NCBI RefSeq assembly: GCF_006345805.1
Contig: NC_043003.1
Span: forward strand, 63,736,001-63,800,000
Reading direction: 5' to 3'
DNA length: 64,000 nucleotides
DNA from: Octopus sinensis
Taxonomy: Eukaryota
Shown here: piece by piece, positions 50,411 through 63,429 of the stretch
How positions within the stretch are numbered: the first letter of the stretch is position 1
How the letters are laid out: the number at the start of each line of letters is the position of its first letter
Program-made: the position numbers and the translations under genes
Notes under the pieces: generated by a model
Told to the model about the DNA's origin: nothing
The model's input: the letters and a program-made list of their open reading frames with translations, nothing else
The model's database searches: none

Positions 50411-53179
50411 ACTATATTATTAATGTCAGCTAAGAAATACAAATGGGCCAAATGATATTTATCTGTCAATCTTCAAGCTTATCATCGTGTTTCAATTTTG
50501 AATTAAAGAAAAGAAATTTAACTGAAGAAAAAAAAATACAAAAAATACAAAAACAAATATTTTCTCTTTTAATGATTTATTAATGAAACAACAAGAAACC
50601 CTTGCAGACAAAGGCTAGATTATTTATCAATGTAATGTTATTTTATTGAAAGTAATTCCAATAAAATTTAAAAAAAAAAAAAAAAGCAAATGGTAAATTA
50701 ACAATAGGATTCTTGAGAAAATAATGTATTGAATTAAATATTTATTCAGCAGCTGATGATAAACTGATAAACTTTTATAATTCGAAATCGTCTCTGAAAT
50801 ATTGTGTGCGTATAATGCTAAAGGCAGCAAATTAGATTCTGGAGAAAATCAATTAAATTGTGACCAGTCACATCTGAAGTCAACGAACATATTACCATTT
50901 GAGCGTTCAGAAGTCAATAAAGGTCGGTGAGTTAATTAAGGGCTCGTGGAAACGAACGCTGTAACCAACAGAAGCTAGTCTCAAGGTAATAGTGATACAG
51001 ATTTTTCTTCTTCTTCTTCTTCTTCTTCTTCTCCTTCTTCTTCTTCTTCTTCTTCTTTTGCCGCTTTATAAATTACACATACAGATTTCGATTTCGACAA
51101 AGTTTCTTAAAGAGTCTGATTAGTCATGATATACAAGGATTTATAATATTAGATTGTGACTCAGAAAATAAAAATATTCTAGCTTCCTTCTTATGATAAT
51201 GTCATCGTTCTTTGGATCATCTTAACTCTTTGACAGCATCATTTAAACATGTGACAATTCTATTTTAATCAGACTTCATGTTACAAACAGAGCCGTATAT
51301 CATATCTTTTATCTTTTACTTGTTTCAGGCTGGGACATCACCTTGAAGGATTTAGTCAAAGAAATCGACCCCATTATCGTTTTTAAAATCTGGTTCTCAT
51401 TCTATCCTTTTTTGGGGTTTTTTTGTCGATCTGCTAAGTTACGGAGACACATTCTAACAACCCTGAAAGGATGAAAGGCAAAGTTGACTCGGCCGGAATT
51501 TGAACTCAGAATATGAAGATAGACGAAATGTTGTTAAGCATTTCGATCGGAGCGCTACCGATTCTACCAATTCCCTGTCTTACTGTAGAAGTAATCATAA
51601 TTGGTATATATTTATATTATGGAGTCAGGTTATATAGAAGAGACTATCTGGATTGAAATTATCTCATATTAGTGAGCAGCAGGGAAAAAATTAGATTACG
51701 GCTGACCCAACGTCGCATGTTGGACCCAAGATGAATTTTCGAGATATTCTAAAAGGAAAAAGTACTGCTTATATGCTATCACATACAGTACTTATTCTCT
51801 TTTGCACAACAGAGCAGGACAACCTGTAAAAAGGACACAGACATCACATTTCTTAATCTGACTATATCATAAGAAAAAAGCAACTTTCAAGCTTTATACA
51901 TATAACAGAATTTGATCCGAGGTACATCGTTAATAAATCATTTAAATTTAGATATTTTTCGATGCGTCTACATTGACGTTCTAATTATAAGCAGACATAC
52001 TTTCTTGTTTATGAAAATAAAGTATCAAATTTGGATGGTTGAAAGTCAGCTGATTGCTTTGGTGCAATTCATAGCCTTTCTGCTTTGGTGCAATTCATAG
52101 CCTTTCTGCTAGCGTGTTGCGTGTCCTGCATTTTCCCAATCCAACAGGTTTATTTTAAAACCTAATACATTATAAGATAGTATTTAAGCGCGATTCGCTT
52201 CAAGATATACCAATGAGGTTATTCATTTATGCTTACATACATACGTATATACATACAAAACACAAAATTCTCATCATGCCCCTATACTTCTCATTTACTC
52301 AAGGACTACAGTTCAAGTATCTTATATTCCTATTCTCTTCTAGCGTTGCATATGCGCGCTTTTACCTATTTATTTATTTATTTGTTACATTTCGGCCGAA
52401 AAAGGGAGGAGTGTTGACGGAGGGGTTTGACTGAGGTGGTATGTCTTTCAAAATGTTGAACGGAAACCACACGTCGAGCAAAAGAGCAAAAGCTCATTCG
52501 ATCTTAATTTCCAGTTCGTTATTCTTTGTTTCTCCTAATTGCGAAGGGTTAAGCCAACTTAATTTGCGTATCTCTTTTGTGTCTCGTATCCACTCCATCA
52601 ATCATTAACAACCATACCTGACAGTTCTTAACGCCATTAGAGATTAATGTTGCTTTTTAAGTTGAGAAAACTGCGAAAGTCTCTAGACAGACAGCTGATA
52701 ATAAGTGTTTCTTTGTTTGCTATATGCAAATAACATTCAACCACGATAGTGGTTGAATATATTCTTAAGTCCACCATTTCGTCAATCGCAGCAGCTTCCA
52801 AGCTTCACCACTAATTCAGTTCTCAACTAAATTACAAACTGTTAATAGTTGGCATAAATAGTTTGAGATTTGGTTCAGTAGAAAAAAAGTTATATCAAAA
52901 TATCTGTGACCTCAAGGGGGTGCAGTAAGGTAGATATTCATCTTCAATTAACATAAAATTTCTAATTTTAAATTTAAAGTATACTTTTCTTAAGCTTAAA
53001 TGTTAGAAAACTGCATGAGGGATTCAGAATCGCTAGTCGCTTAGAACAAAATTTAGTATAAAAAGTGTTATGAAGTAAAATGTGACGAAATTTTATGTCA
53101 GTAATTAAGGAAGTAAAGGAGTAACGCTTAAGCAATAAAAAATAAAGAATATATTTCTAAAATGAATACTTATATTATA

Positions 53180-53620
53180 AGGTGGCGAGCTAGCAGAAAT
53201 GTTAGCGTGCCGTGCGAAATTCTTAACGATATATCGTCTGTTTTTACGTTTTGAGTTCAAATTTTGTCGAGGTCGACTTTGATATACAAAAATTTAATTA
53301 TTTATTTTTTTTAACTAAACACTTTCAAGCTTCCGATACTGGTAGAATGTGTCACATAGAACAGGGTTTATTCTTAACATTTTTGACAAAATTTTGTATT
53401 TTAGAAGCGGTATTTCGTCTGTCTTTACGTTCTGAGTTCAAATTCCGCCGAGGTCGACTTACTCTTTCATCCATTTCAGATCTATTCAATTAGACATACA
53501 GATTATTTCATTAATTTTTTTTAACTAAACACTTTCAAACTTCCGATACTGGTAGAATGTGTCACATAGAAAAGGGTTTACTCTTAACATTTTTGACAAA
53601 ATTTTGTATTTTAGAAGTTA
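53180..53620. repeat. Chimeric duplication: SINE A head fragments alternating with a ~100-bp DNA-transposon-like segment
   Basis: taactaaacactttcaa..gatactggtagaatgtgtcac..ttttagaag occurs at ~53315-53406 and ~53522-53618; its start resembles 6580-6620 inside the Merlin-like MITE. Confidence 0.75.
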
Positions 53621-53886
53621 TTTCGTCAAAAGTTACAGAGTGACAATGACAAATTCGTGTTTGATAATTGCCAATACACGAAATTCTCAGCTTTTGACCT
53701 GTAAAGAGTGACAAACTAGAAAAACTGGCATTCTTTGCTGCAACATTTTAAGTAAAAAGTTCTTATTCTTTTCTTTACTAGAAGTAATACCATGTCCTAT
53801 ACTTTTACAGATGCAATAACTTGTCCTGTACTTTTCCAGGTTTATAATCTTAAGAATATTACTTTTCATGCTCGCATTTTTCCACG

Positions 53887-53949
<63 letters not shown>

Positions 53950-54604
53950 TATACATTTATATATTAGTTTTAAAAGGTTTCAGCTTCCCTTGAGCCTACA
54001 GGCGTGCTAGGCCGTAGCCTATTCCAGTTTCTGTGGTGTGTAAGTGACTGAAGACACGACGCTCGCCTCTGAAGAGAACACCGGCTGATTTAACGTCCAA
54101 CTGTTTTATGGTACACATTTTTCAGAAGCGATATCAGATGAAGTATCTTGTTCAAGCACATGAAATGACGTCCGTCCTAACAATCGTATTACCAACTTCC
54201 AAACTATTATACCATGTACTTTAAAACACACGCGCACGCGCGCGCATACACACAAGCACATGCACATACACACACATTGCCTTCAAGGATGATTATTTCG
54301 TCTTTATTCATTGACGTCTCACAAAATTTTTAACAAAATATGGAGACTGTCAGAATGTTGTAAACACCTCTGATGCGAACCCCCCCCCCCCCCCCATAAG
54401 ATTCGAAAACGGATTGAGATTGTTCATGATCTTTTAAAGGCGGTGCTCCAGTATGGCCCCAGTCAAATGACTGAAACAAGTAAAAGAATACAGTTAGCAA
54501 TCGTAGAAGCTAATACGTGGTTGTCTGACCTAGTAGAAATAACAGTTAAATCTCAACCACATCACATTTTCCCGCCTCAAAAAAATACAAGATCGGTAAT
54601 GTAG

Positions 54605-54659
<55 letters not shown>

Positions 54660-55461
54660 ACATACCTACAAAAATATACGGCGAGATTTCGCTTTTAACC
54701 GCTCTGCTATTTAGCATATTCCATTCACAAAGCAATGGTCAATACAAGGTTATATGCGTACATAGCTTCTCTCGAAGCTATGCATACTCTAGTCCTTTCC
54801 AGGGTACTCCGCAATGGGATCAAACTCAAAACCACAATATTTGTGAAGTGAACACCTTCACCACACTGTCATAACCCCGCTCATTTTTTAATTCCAGCAT
54901 TTCTTATATTTCCTGTCTTTCTTCCATTATTCCATACCGTAAGCGAGAGAAATGTTTTCCGGGCTTAGAAAACACGTGGAAACTACTAAAAACTGTCTTC
55001 TCTTCGTGAAGGGAGAAAAAAAAAAAAAGCAATTTGGAGGAGGATAAAGAAGGGCATGGGTAAAAGTAATTTCTAGTGTAGCTGACACAGAGACTCTCAC
55101 TCGTAGGTGGTAATTTCCCTTGTCAATAGCGAAAATTATCTCTGTTTGTGTATATGTTTGTGGAGCAAAAGCCTAGGTTATCAGCTGTTAACAGATCAGT
55201 CATGGATTAGCTTTCAAATTAACTCTGCAATTCTGGGATAAAATTCCCAACAGAACACACCTTTAACTTACACACACACACACACACACACACACGCACG
55301 CACGCACACACACACACGCGCGCACGCACGCACACACACATACACACACACACACATATATATATAGAGAGAGAGAAAGGGAGACTACGTAAATATATAC
55401 ATATATATATATATATATATACGTAAATACACACACACATATATCTAAATATGTATGCGTA

Positions 55462-55506
<45 letters not shown>

Positions 55507-56880
55507 GTGAGCCATCCGCTATTTTATGTCCTTTGAAAAATAAATCTTTTTGCTTGTTTAGTGTAGCGTTAAGGAATAATTCTAAACAATTTTCCGGCAC
55601 TTCCTCACACATTTAGGCGTTCGTTTGATGTTTAAAACAACGCAGTATCTACTCCTACTCCCCCTCCTCCATTCTTAAACATGTACACTTGCTTAATCTA
55701 CCACCTAAACTGTAAAGAATTTACTTCTATTTCTTTTATTAGACGCTTTAACAGAAGAGAAATGCGTGATTTTTCGAGCGAAACATTTTAAGATTAGCTA
55801 TACAAATTGTGTAGTATATGTCTCTTCCGGAACGAAACTTTATTAACAAAAGACCCCGAGTGATAAATTCGATACTGTAATAAAATAGAAGGGACAACAT
55901 TCAGCAAATGAGACTTTCCCATTAGGGCTTTACAATTTGTCAACCGGCAAAGATAAATGGTAGACTGGCACTCTCTAAGATTATTGTCTTTTACTCTTGT
56001 GGCTCGCATAATATTTTTTGTTTGTTTGTTGAAGAGAAAAAGCAGTAAATAACATCATGTCGGCAGATGTGTCGGACTGTCAACTAAAAGGCGTTAACTT
56101 TCTTCTAAGAATCAACGAAACTGATTTCCAAAGTTCCAGTAGCCTGGTTTCGCAAGAGAAATTGTCGATGTATAACGAAAGAGATTCCTATCAGGAACTT
56201 TAGAATAATTTTACGTATTTATCTAGTTACACCTCGTTTCTTATTCTTGTAAGAGGAAAAACCTATAGAATAAACTCAGTCGACCATCGCTTCAGATTCT
56301 TAACACATTTTCTATCGTTTTATAGTTTATTGATTTTGTAAATAAATTCCTTGCTGGAATTCGATCAAATTTTGTTCTTAATTAAATATCATTATCTAAA
56401 ATAAATGGCGCAGAATCTTAGTTGCCAAGAAAACAAATAAACTGATAATTAAAATAAAAAAAGACAGAAAAAAACAGCTCAGATTATTAAGAAATAATCG
56501 TTTCTATCAGACACAACTCAACAAATTTGTTGGGGAAGGTTCACCACGAATGAATAAATCTTTCACCTTTTACTGTTATAAAATAATGATACTGAATTAT
56601 TTTTACATTTAATTCCTTGATGCAAACGATATGTTTACAGTTTAAGAACTATTACAACTGCGCATTACTGCATCTCTAGCATTAATATTATTTTAAATCA
56701 CTCTCATAGCGCTCTCAAATACGTATACTTACATCTTTTGTTTGTTCCACACACGCACACTATCTGCCATGTTGCACTACACTCGGTCGACTAATGCAAA
56801 GCAGTTCGATATTTAAGAGATGAGGAATTATGTACATTATTTACATTTGACGGATATTTGTCCTGATCTTGTTTGTTGTT

Positions 56881-56926
56881 AACACAACGTTTCGGCTGAT
56901 ATACCCTCCAGCCTTCATCAGGTGTC
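56881..56926 (-). ncRNA. Minimal type I hammerhead ribozyme (canonical core, extra A after A9)
   Basis: Minus strand GACAC-CUGAUGA-A-GGCUG-gaggguauau-CAGCC-GAAACGUU-GUGUU: 5-bp stem I, 5-bp stem II, palindromic ACGU stem III, GUU cleavage triplet. Confidence 0.8.
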
Positions 56927-56999
56927 TTGGAGAAATTTCGAACCTGGGTTCTCATTCCTAAGGTATTTTTTGATGATGTTGTTGTTGTTGTTATCATCA

Positions 57000-57063
<64 letters not shown>

Positions 57064-57127
57064 GCCCACGGGAATATGACGTAGTGGTTAATAACCCCAA
57101 GATTCCGAGTTCGATTCCAGGCAGTGA

Positions 57128-57131
<4 letters not shown>
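57064..57131 (+). promoter_or_regulatory. tRNA-derived Pol III head (A box tgacgtagtggtt, B box gagttcgattcc), anticodon region deleted
   Basis: Both boxes are visible but too closely spaced for an intact tRNA. Confidence 0.65.
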
Positions 57132-57187
<56 letters not shown>

Positions 57188-57239
57188 TAACATTGAAAAA
57201 TACCTTAGGAATGAGAACCCAGGTTCGAAATTTCCCCAA

Positions 57240-57285
57240 GACACCTGATGAAGGCTGGAGGGTATATCAGCCGAAATGTTGTGTT
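57240..57285 (+). ncRNA. Hammerhead ribozyme copy with a stem III substitution (GAAAUGUU)
   Basis: Same as 56881-56926 except C>T at 57277, a CpG-type change. Confidence 0.7.
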
Positions 57286-57387
57286 AGCAACAAACAAGAT
57301 GAGAACAAATATCGTCAAATGTTAATAATGTAAATAATGTAATACAAAGCATAATTAACACTATAATTATGATAAGTTAGCCAAAGA

Positions 57388-57590
57388 AGGCAGCGAGCTG
57401 GCAGAATCGTTTGCATGCCAGTCAAAACGCTTAGCGACATTTCATCCGTCCTCACGTTCTGAGTTCAAATTTTGCCGAAATCGGTTTAGCCTTTTATTCT
57501 TTCGGGTAGATAAAATAAGTACCAGTTAAACACTGGGGTCGATGTTATTGACTTACTCCCTCACACGAACTTGCTAGACTTATGCCAAAA
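57388..57590 (+). mobile_element. SINE family A
   Basis: aaggcagcgagctggcagaatcgtt..ctgagttcaaatt..aagtaccagtt. Confidence 0.8.
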
Positions 57591-58339
57591 AATTAAAACC
57601 AGTAGTTTAATCCAAGAAGATCCACACGGATGAGATTGATATAGTCGATGTTCTGTTTGGACATCTGTGGACTGATATTGTCCGGGGGAACAACTAGCAC
57701 GAGGAAAGAATTTTAGATAAAAACCGTTTCTGTGGTGGAAGAATTAGCTGTGACTGTTTGGAGTTGATTGATGAAATACAGTAGAGAGCGAGAAGGAGGA
57801 GACGGGGTTTCGAGGCGGGCCTGGGAGAAGTTATGTAAGTAACTAGTTTAGAGATTGTTGTAGTCATGGTAGAGGAGGCAGAAAAGAAACAGCGTGTTTG
57901 TAATCTGGCCAGATTTGCACAAAGAACATCCTCTGTATAAGGACAGAGCTTCTTTTAAGATGCCAGTTAATAATTTTTGTTTTGTTCTCGAGATACAAGG
58001 AGAGCGAGAAAGAGAAGAATAAATGTAATGCACATGAAAGGGTTCTAAGACGTAAGACACCACTTTCAACGCTTTCAAGAATTAGACAACAAAAATCTTT
58101 TGTTGTTTTAAATGTTGAGTAATATTGACCAGATCTACCGAAGAAGCTCTATCAAACAAAGGGTGTTAATTGAATATTTCATCTCATACAAACCAACATT
58201 AATAACATCTCTTGAAAAAAAATTCTCCTTTAAAATATATTCCCTTTGAAATATTTTTAATAACATAGCTCTTTAGAATCGACAAAATATTACCAAAGAA
58301 GAAAGAATTTAAACTATTTCCTTTATTCAGCATAAAATT

Positions 58340-58540
58340 TTGATACAAGGCCAGCAATTTCAAAGAAGTGTGTAATTTGATACATCGACCCCGGTGTTCA
58401 ACTGGTACTTATTTTATCAACCCCCAAAACAAATGAAAGGCAAAGTCGAAAGGAATTTGAACACAAAGCATGAAGACGGACGGAATGCTGCAAAGTATAT
58501 CTGCCCGAGGTGCTAACGATTCTGCCAAGTCGCTGCTTTA
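58340..58540 (-). mobile_element. SINE family A
   Basis: Core and head on the minus strand. Confidence 0.7.
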
Positions 58541-59890
58541 AAATCAACAAAATATCAAAACTTAGAATTTAAAACTTACCGACGAAGAAAGAATTTAAAA
58601 TATTTCATTTGTTTAACCCATAAAGCGCCGGGATTTGCACTTAGATAGCATGAACTGCTGAGCACATTTTATGAAAATGAGACTACCATGCACACATAAA
58701 AAGCAAAAAAATAGTTAAAATTTCTTTGTGTATAATGGTGGCAAGATTTACATCATCTGAAAAGTCATTAGTGGAACGATTAGTCCTCTTGCATTTTGGG
58801 GGGTATCGGAGCGTTTGAGTGACATTAGACCCCCAACAAACGCCCATGAATTAAATGCATCTATGTGGGCCAAGGTCGTGGCCTGTCGACCCGTGCCTAA
58901 TGACCATGAATGTGGCCCGTCGCGCTTTTTGTGTTAACATAATATTAAAATCGAAATTACACAAATAAGATATTTTTATAAACTGAAATGAACTTAATTT
59001 AAATGAAAATAAAAATGTAAACATGATATGCAGCTATTCGCTGTTTTGAAATGGAGTTATAACTAAAATTATAAAACGTTCTGCTTTATTTTATTCTTGA
59101 GATCCTGCCGTGTCTTAAGGAAGAACATTTGAGGTTGAATATAGATGTGTTTTTCGTTTTCGACTCTCATCCTCGCTCCATATGTTAGGACCTCCCTACC
59201 ACAGAAGATGTCCCATGGCGAAAGCAAATACTTAACCTAGATAATTAGCACTAACAGAAAAAGACATGAATATGAAAATGAATATTAAATGGCGGAAAAA
59301 AAAGTTCACTGCAAGTGTTGCGTTAAATATTTACAGTGTTTTTAACAGTGTCTTCGAAAATTCGCCAAGGGCTGGCCTCTTCAGTCACACGCACATCCAC
59401 ACATGCATGTAAGTACACACACGCACATGTGTATGTGTGTGTGTCTGGGGGGGGGGGCGTTAAACCGGAAAAACCGCTCCTTTCGAATCAAAATAACTGT
59501 TCGTGATATTTCCTCCGTACAGTGTTATAAAGACAATCCTTTATCACCGTCGCTGCCACAGATTATTCAATGAATTTGTGATTGAATCATTGGAAATTTA
59601 GAACTAACAACAGTGTTCAACGAGTACGATAGAATGTAAATAAAATAAATAAATAAATATCATGTAGTTCAGGCGTGATTTTATATTTTAAAGCAGTATT
59701 CTAACAGCAGGCCTAATAACTGATACAAGTAGTTAATTTCTTGAGGCTCAACGCTGCAAATTTACTTTGTTTAATTATCAATGTTGTAGTGGAAACGCAG
59801 CGAACGTGACTTTTATTTCAGGAGCTCTGAAACAGATTGGAGAAGGGGGGAAAGTTATGTAAAAGGTTCACAGAATGGAAATCTAGATAC

Positions 59891-60505
59891 GGCGGCGAGC
59901 TGGCAGAAACGTTAGCGCGCCGGGCGAAATGCTCAGCAGTATTTCATCTGTTGCTAAGTTCTGAGTTCAAATTCTGCCGAGGTCGACTTTGCCTTTTATC
60001 CTTTTGGGGGTCGATAAATTAAGTACCAGTTAAGCACTGGGGTCGATATAATCGACTTAATCCGTTTGCCTGTCCTTGTTTGTCCCTTCTGTGTTTAACT
60101 CCTTGTGGGCAGTAAAGAAATAAGAAACGTTAGCGCGCCGAGCGAAGTGCTTAGCGGTACTTCGTCTGCCGCTACGTTCTGAGTTCAAATTCCGCCGAGG
60201 TCGACTTTGCCTTTTATCCTTTTGGGGGTCGATAAATTAAGTACCAGTTACGCACTGGGGTCGATATAATAGACTTAATCCATTTGTCCTTGTATGTCTT
60301 GCCTGTGCTTAACCCCTTGTGGGTAGTAAAGAAATAGGTATTTCGTTTGCCGTTACGTTCCGAGTTCTAATTCCGCCGAGGTCGACTTTACCTTTCATCA
60401 TTTTGGAGTCGATAAGTTAAGTACCTGTTGCGTATTGGGGTCGATCTAATCGACTGGCCCCCTCCTCCAAAACTTCGGGCTCTGTGCCTAGAGTAGAAAA
60501 AAAAT
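59891..60505 (+). mobile_element. SINE family A trimer with two different junctions
   Basis: Full head at 59891. Monomer 2 restarts at agaaacgttagcgcgcc (~60123), monomer 3 at ggtatttcgt (~60337); the last monomer has a different tail. Confidence 0.88.
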
Positions 60506-61556
60506 ACTAGAGATATACTTCGAATGCTTGCAGCGGAATATTTTTTTTTTATTGAAAGTCATTCTCAACAAAACGGTAAGCAACAAACAATTAAACGGGT
60601 CTCAATGAAGCGATTAGTCTTTTTTTTTTCTTGAGCCCTAATACTTATAAGACCGGGCAGCCGGGCTCCATGGTCAGCAAAGGGCCGAGACCACAACAAT
60701 CCTCATTAACGAGATGCCGATCCGACGGGGCTCTGATGAAACTCCCCGGGGTGTCTGTTTCGGCAATCGGCGGCTCCTCGGTCGTTCTGTCCCTGCGTCT
60801 GCGGACAATCTGCGGCAAACGGGATGTCTCTACATGTGGGATTGTTGGGGACCGCTTGTGAAATTCATATTCCCACGAAACTTCTTCCACCGCTATGGTT
60901 GAGATGCATCGAGGGTGGTAGAAGAAGCCGACTCAACCCGCCCAGGGTGAATGTCGCCACAAGTACAAGTAAGTAAGTGATGTCTAATCGATGTTGTTCG
61001 ATTATAATTGCCTGATTTACGATACAAATCCACAGACAGTTCCGCATATCTCAAATTTTTATTATTCTCTTTCAAGAGTCTAATTCTGACGTGAATTTCA
61101 CAAGAACGTATGAATATAATAAAGACTTTCCATTTGGGTGTGTGTTGGTGACAAAATGGAAAGAGCGAAAGGCGAACAAATATCGAATTCTGTTCACATG
61201 ACCTAGGCTTATGTTAAGTGTAAGTAAATATGAACCGCGGACAACTATGACATATGGCTTGAAAACTGCTCCCAAGCGAAGTGAATCTCCTTAAAGAAAT
61301 ATTTTCCTTAAGGATAGTTATCATAAAGTTGATCAATAAACAGAAGAACCTCAACATGGACCTTTTTGAATATAAAGGCATCTATTGTCTACACATTTCT
61401 CTCCCGCTCCCCCTCTCTTTTTCTCCAGTATATACATACTTAGGTACTTATGTATATACATATATAAATATATGCAATTTGCACACGTATATGTGTGTGT
61501 ATATAATATGTAAGCATATCGCATATAAACACACACACACACCACATATATAATAA

Positions 61557-61596
<40 letters not shown>

Positions 61597-61636
61597 TATA
61601 TATATATACTATATATATATAACACATATATATATG

Positions 61637-61698
<62 letters not shown>

Positions 61699-61724
61699 TT
61701 GTATATATACATAACATATATATA

Positions 61725-61860
61725 TATGCTGTGTGGTAAGAAGCTTACTTCCCAACCCACGGTCCCGGGTTCAGTCCTACAGCGTAGAATCTTGAGCAAG
61801 TGGCTTCCACTATAACGTCGGCCGACTAAGGCCTTGTGAGTGGATTTGGTAGACGAAAAG
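61725..61860 (+). mobile_element. SINE family B left arm
   Basis: gctgtgtggtaagaagcttacttcccaacc..gggttcagtcc. Confidence 0.75.
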
Positions 61861-62718
61861 AAAACGCCACCGTGTACAGCATAAAGTGAAAGATCCTACA
61901 CAAATGTAGAGCGTACTTCAATAGCAGCAGGAAGTGAAGATTATGCCTGACTAAAAAAAAAAGAGCGATTTTAAAGACCATCCTGCACCCAGTAGCCATG
62001 CATTTATCTGAATAGCAGAAGTGAAGTTTTTAATCCTTGCCCACATGAAAGGAAATACATCCGATCATACCAGTGTGTTCCATTATGATTATAATCGACC
62101 TTCCTCCAATACCAAGAAGTCCAGCAAAGAGTTTGACCAGAACATGCAATAACGCACCTACAATTAAACACGCACTCCCTAGCGCGGTGAGTACCCGCCC
62201 AATAGACTTCTTTCCACTCCACCCCCAATATAAGCTCCTACACATATTGTACCCCTACTAACACCGCATGCACGCGTAAATGCCCCGCGAATTTAACCAA
62301 TATATAAAAGACAGGAAACAGAGATGTCTATGACCCCACCACACCTAGAGTACCACTACACACATTCCATTTCCACAAGAACACCAACTTTAAAGACACA
62401 TTCATTTCCCACAAACTCTTGTCGAACTGCGGCACCCACCCCCCGCCTCAGAGACGATGTTTTGGTTCCAATGGACATAGTTCTTAACTCAATCCCTTGT
62501 TCGATTCGTTTCATCATCATTTTCACAGCAACCACAAATCACACGTGTCTATTCACCTCCAATAATAAAGAGTAGTCACCATATTTCATTCCATTATGAG
62601 CGCAGGTTTACACAATCGGATTGTTACCTAACACACCGTTGAAGCCCTAGTGCGAAACCAATTGGTAAGATCGGCTGTAATGGATATATAATATTGTACA
62701 CTTCGATTTATACATACA

Positions 62719-62930
62719 AGGCGGCGAGCTGGCAGACACGTTAGCGCGCCGGGCGAAATGCTTAGCGGTATTTCGTCTGTCGTTACGTTCTGAGTTCAAA
62801 TTCCGCCGAGGTCAGCTTTGCATAGAGGGGACAAACAAGGACAGACGAAGGGATTGAGTCGATTATATCGCCCCCAGTGCAAAGGTGACTTCGGCGGAAT
62901 TTGAACTCAGAACGTAACGACAGACGATTA
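62719..62930. mobile_element. Rearranged SINE family A (plus-strand head joined to minus-strand fragments)
   Basis: Head 62719-62820 on +, then tail and core pieces in the opposite orientation. Confidence 0.7.
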
Positions 62931-63005
62931 TAATATATATATAATATATATTATATATATATATAATTATAATAATATATATATATATAATATATATATA
63001 TATAT

Positions 63006-63112
<107 letters not shown>

Positions 63113-63149
63113 TATGTGTGTGTGTGTATATCGGTATATATATGTATCT

Positions 63150-63378
63150 ATGTGTGTCTCTGTTTGTCCCACCTCATCATCGCTTGACAACCGGTGTTGG
63201 TGTGTTTAGTTCCTTGTAAGTTAGCGGTTCGGCAAAATGACCGATAGAATAAGTAATAGGTCTAAAAATAAGTTCTGGGATCGAATTGTTCAACAACAAA
63301 AAAAAACACTTCAAGGTGATGCTCCAGCATGACCGCAGTCAAATGACTGAAAAGTAAAAGAATGAAATAAAAGAGTAT
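63150..63378 (+). mobile_element. SINE family B right arm
   Basis: catcgcttgacaaccggtgttgg..ccgcagtcaaatgactgaaa. Confidence 0.75.
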
Positions 63379-63429
63379 AATTAAGTCCGATGCTCTACGT
63401 TCATATTCTTTTTTAAGCGCTTACAAACC

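Larger units (their letters stand above)
56810..57345. mobile_element. Fold-back element: inverted hammerhead-bearing arms around (TTA)n, a tRNA-like head and (TAA)n
   Basis: Arms ~56830-56975 and ~57190-57340 are reverse complements; head at 57064-57131. Confidence 0.85.

Noticed and set aside
51789-51825. Possible minus-strand micro-exon (tcctttttacag acceptor, gtatgt donor)
   Set aside because: Splice-like signals alone are common and no neighbouring exons support it; RNA-seq would be needed.
56057-56203. 48-aa ORF MSADVSDCQLKG...SYQEL
   Set aside because: No recognisable motif or clear splice context; ORFs of this length are expected by chance.
57064-57131. Functional tRNA gene
   Set aside because: The anticodon arm is missing and no cloverleaf forms. 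Other A/B-box hits in the window are SINE heads.
60728-60770. CTGATGA as a hammerhead core
   Set aside because: No GAAA after a stem II and no stem I partner.
62050-62580. Penelope GIY-YIG remnant
   Set aside because: Only a vague resemblance (YC..C, GHS) across frameshifts; insufficient evidence.
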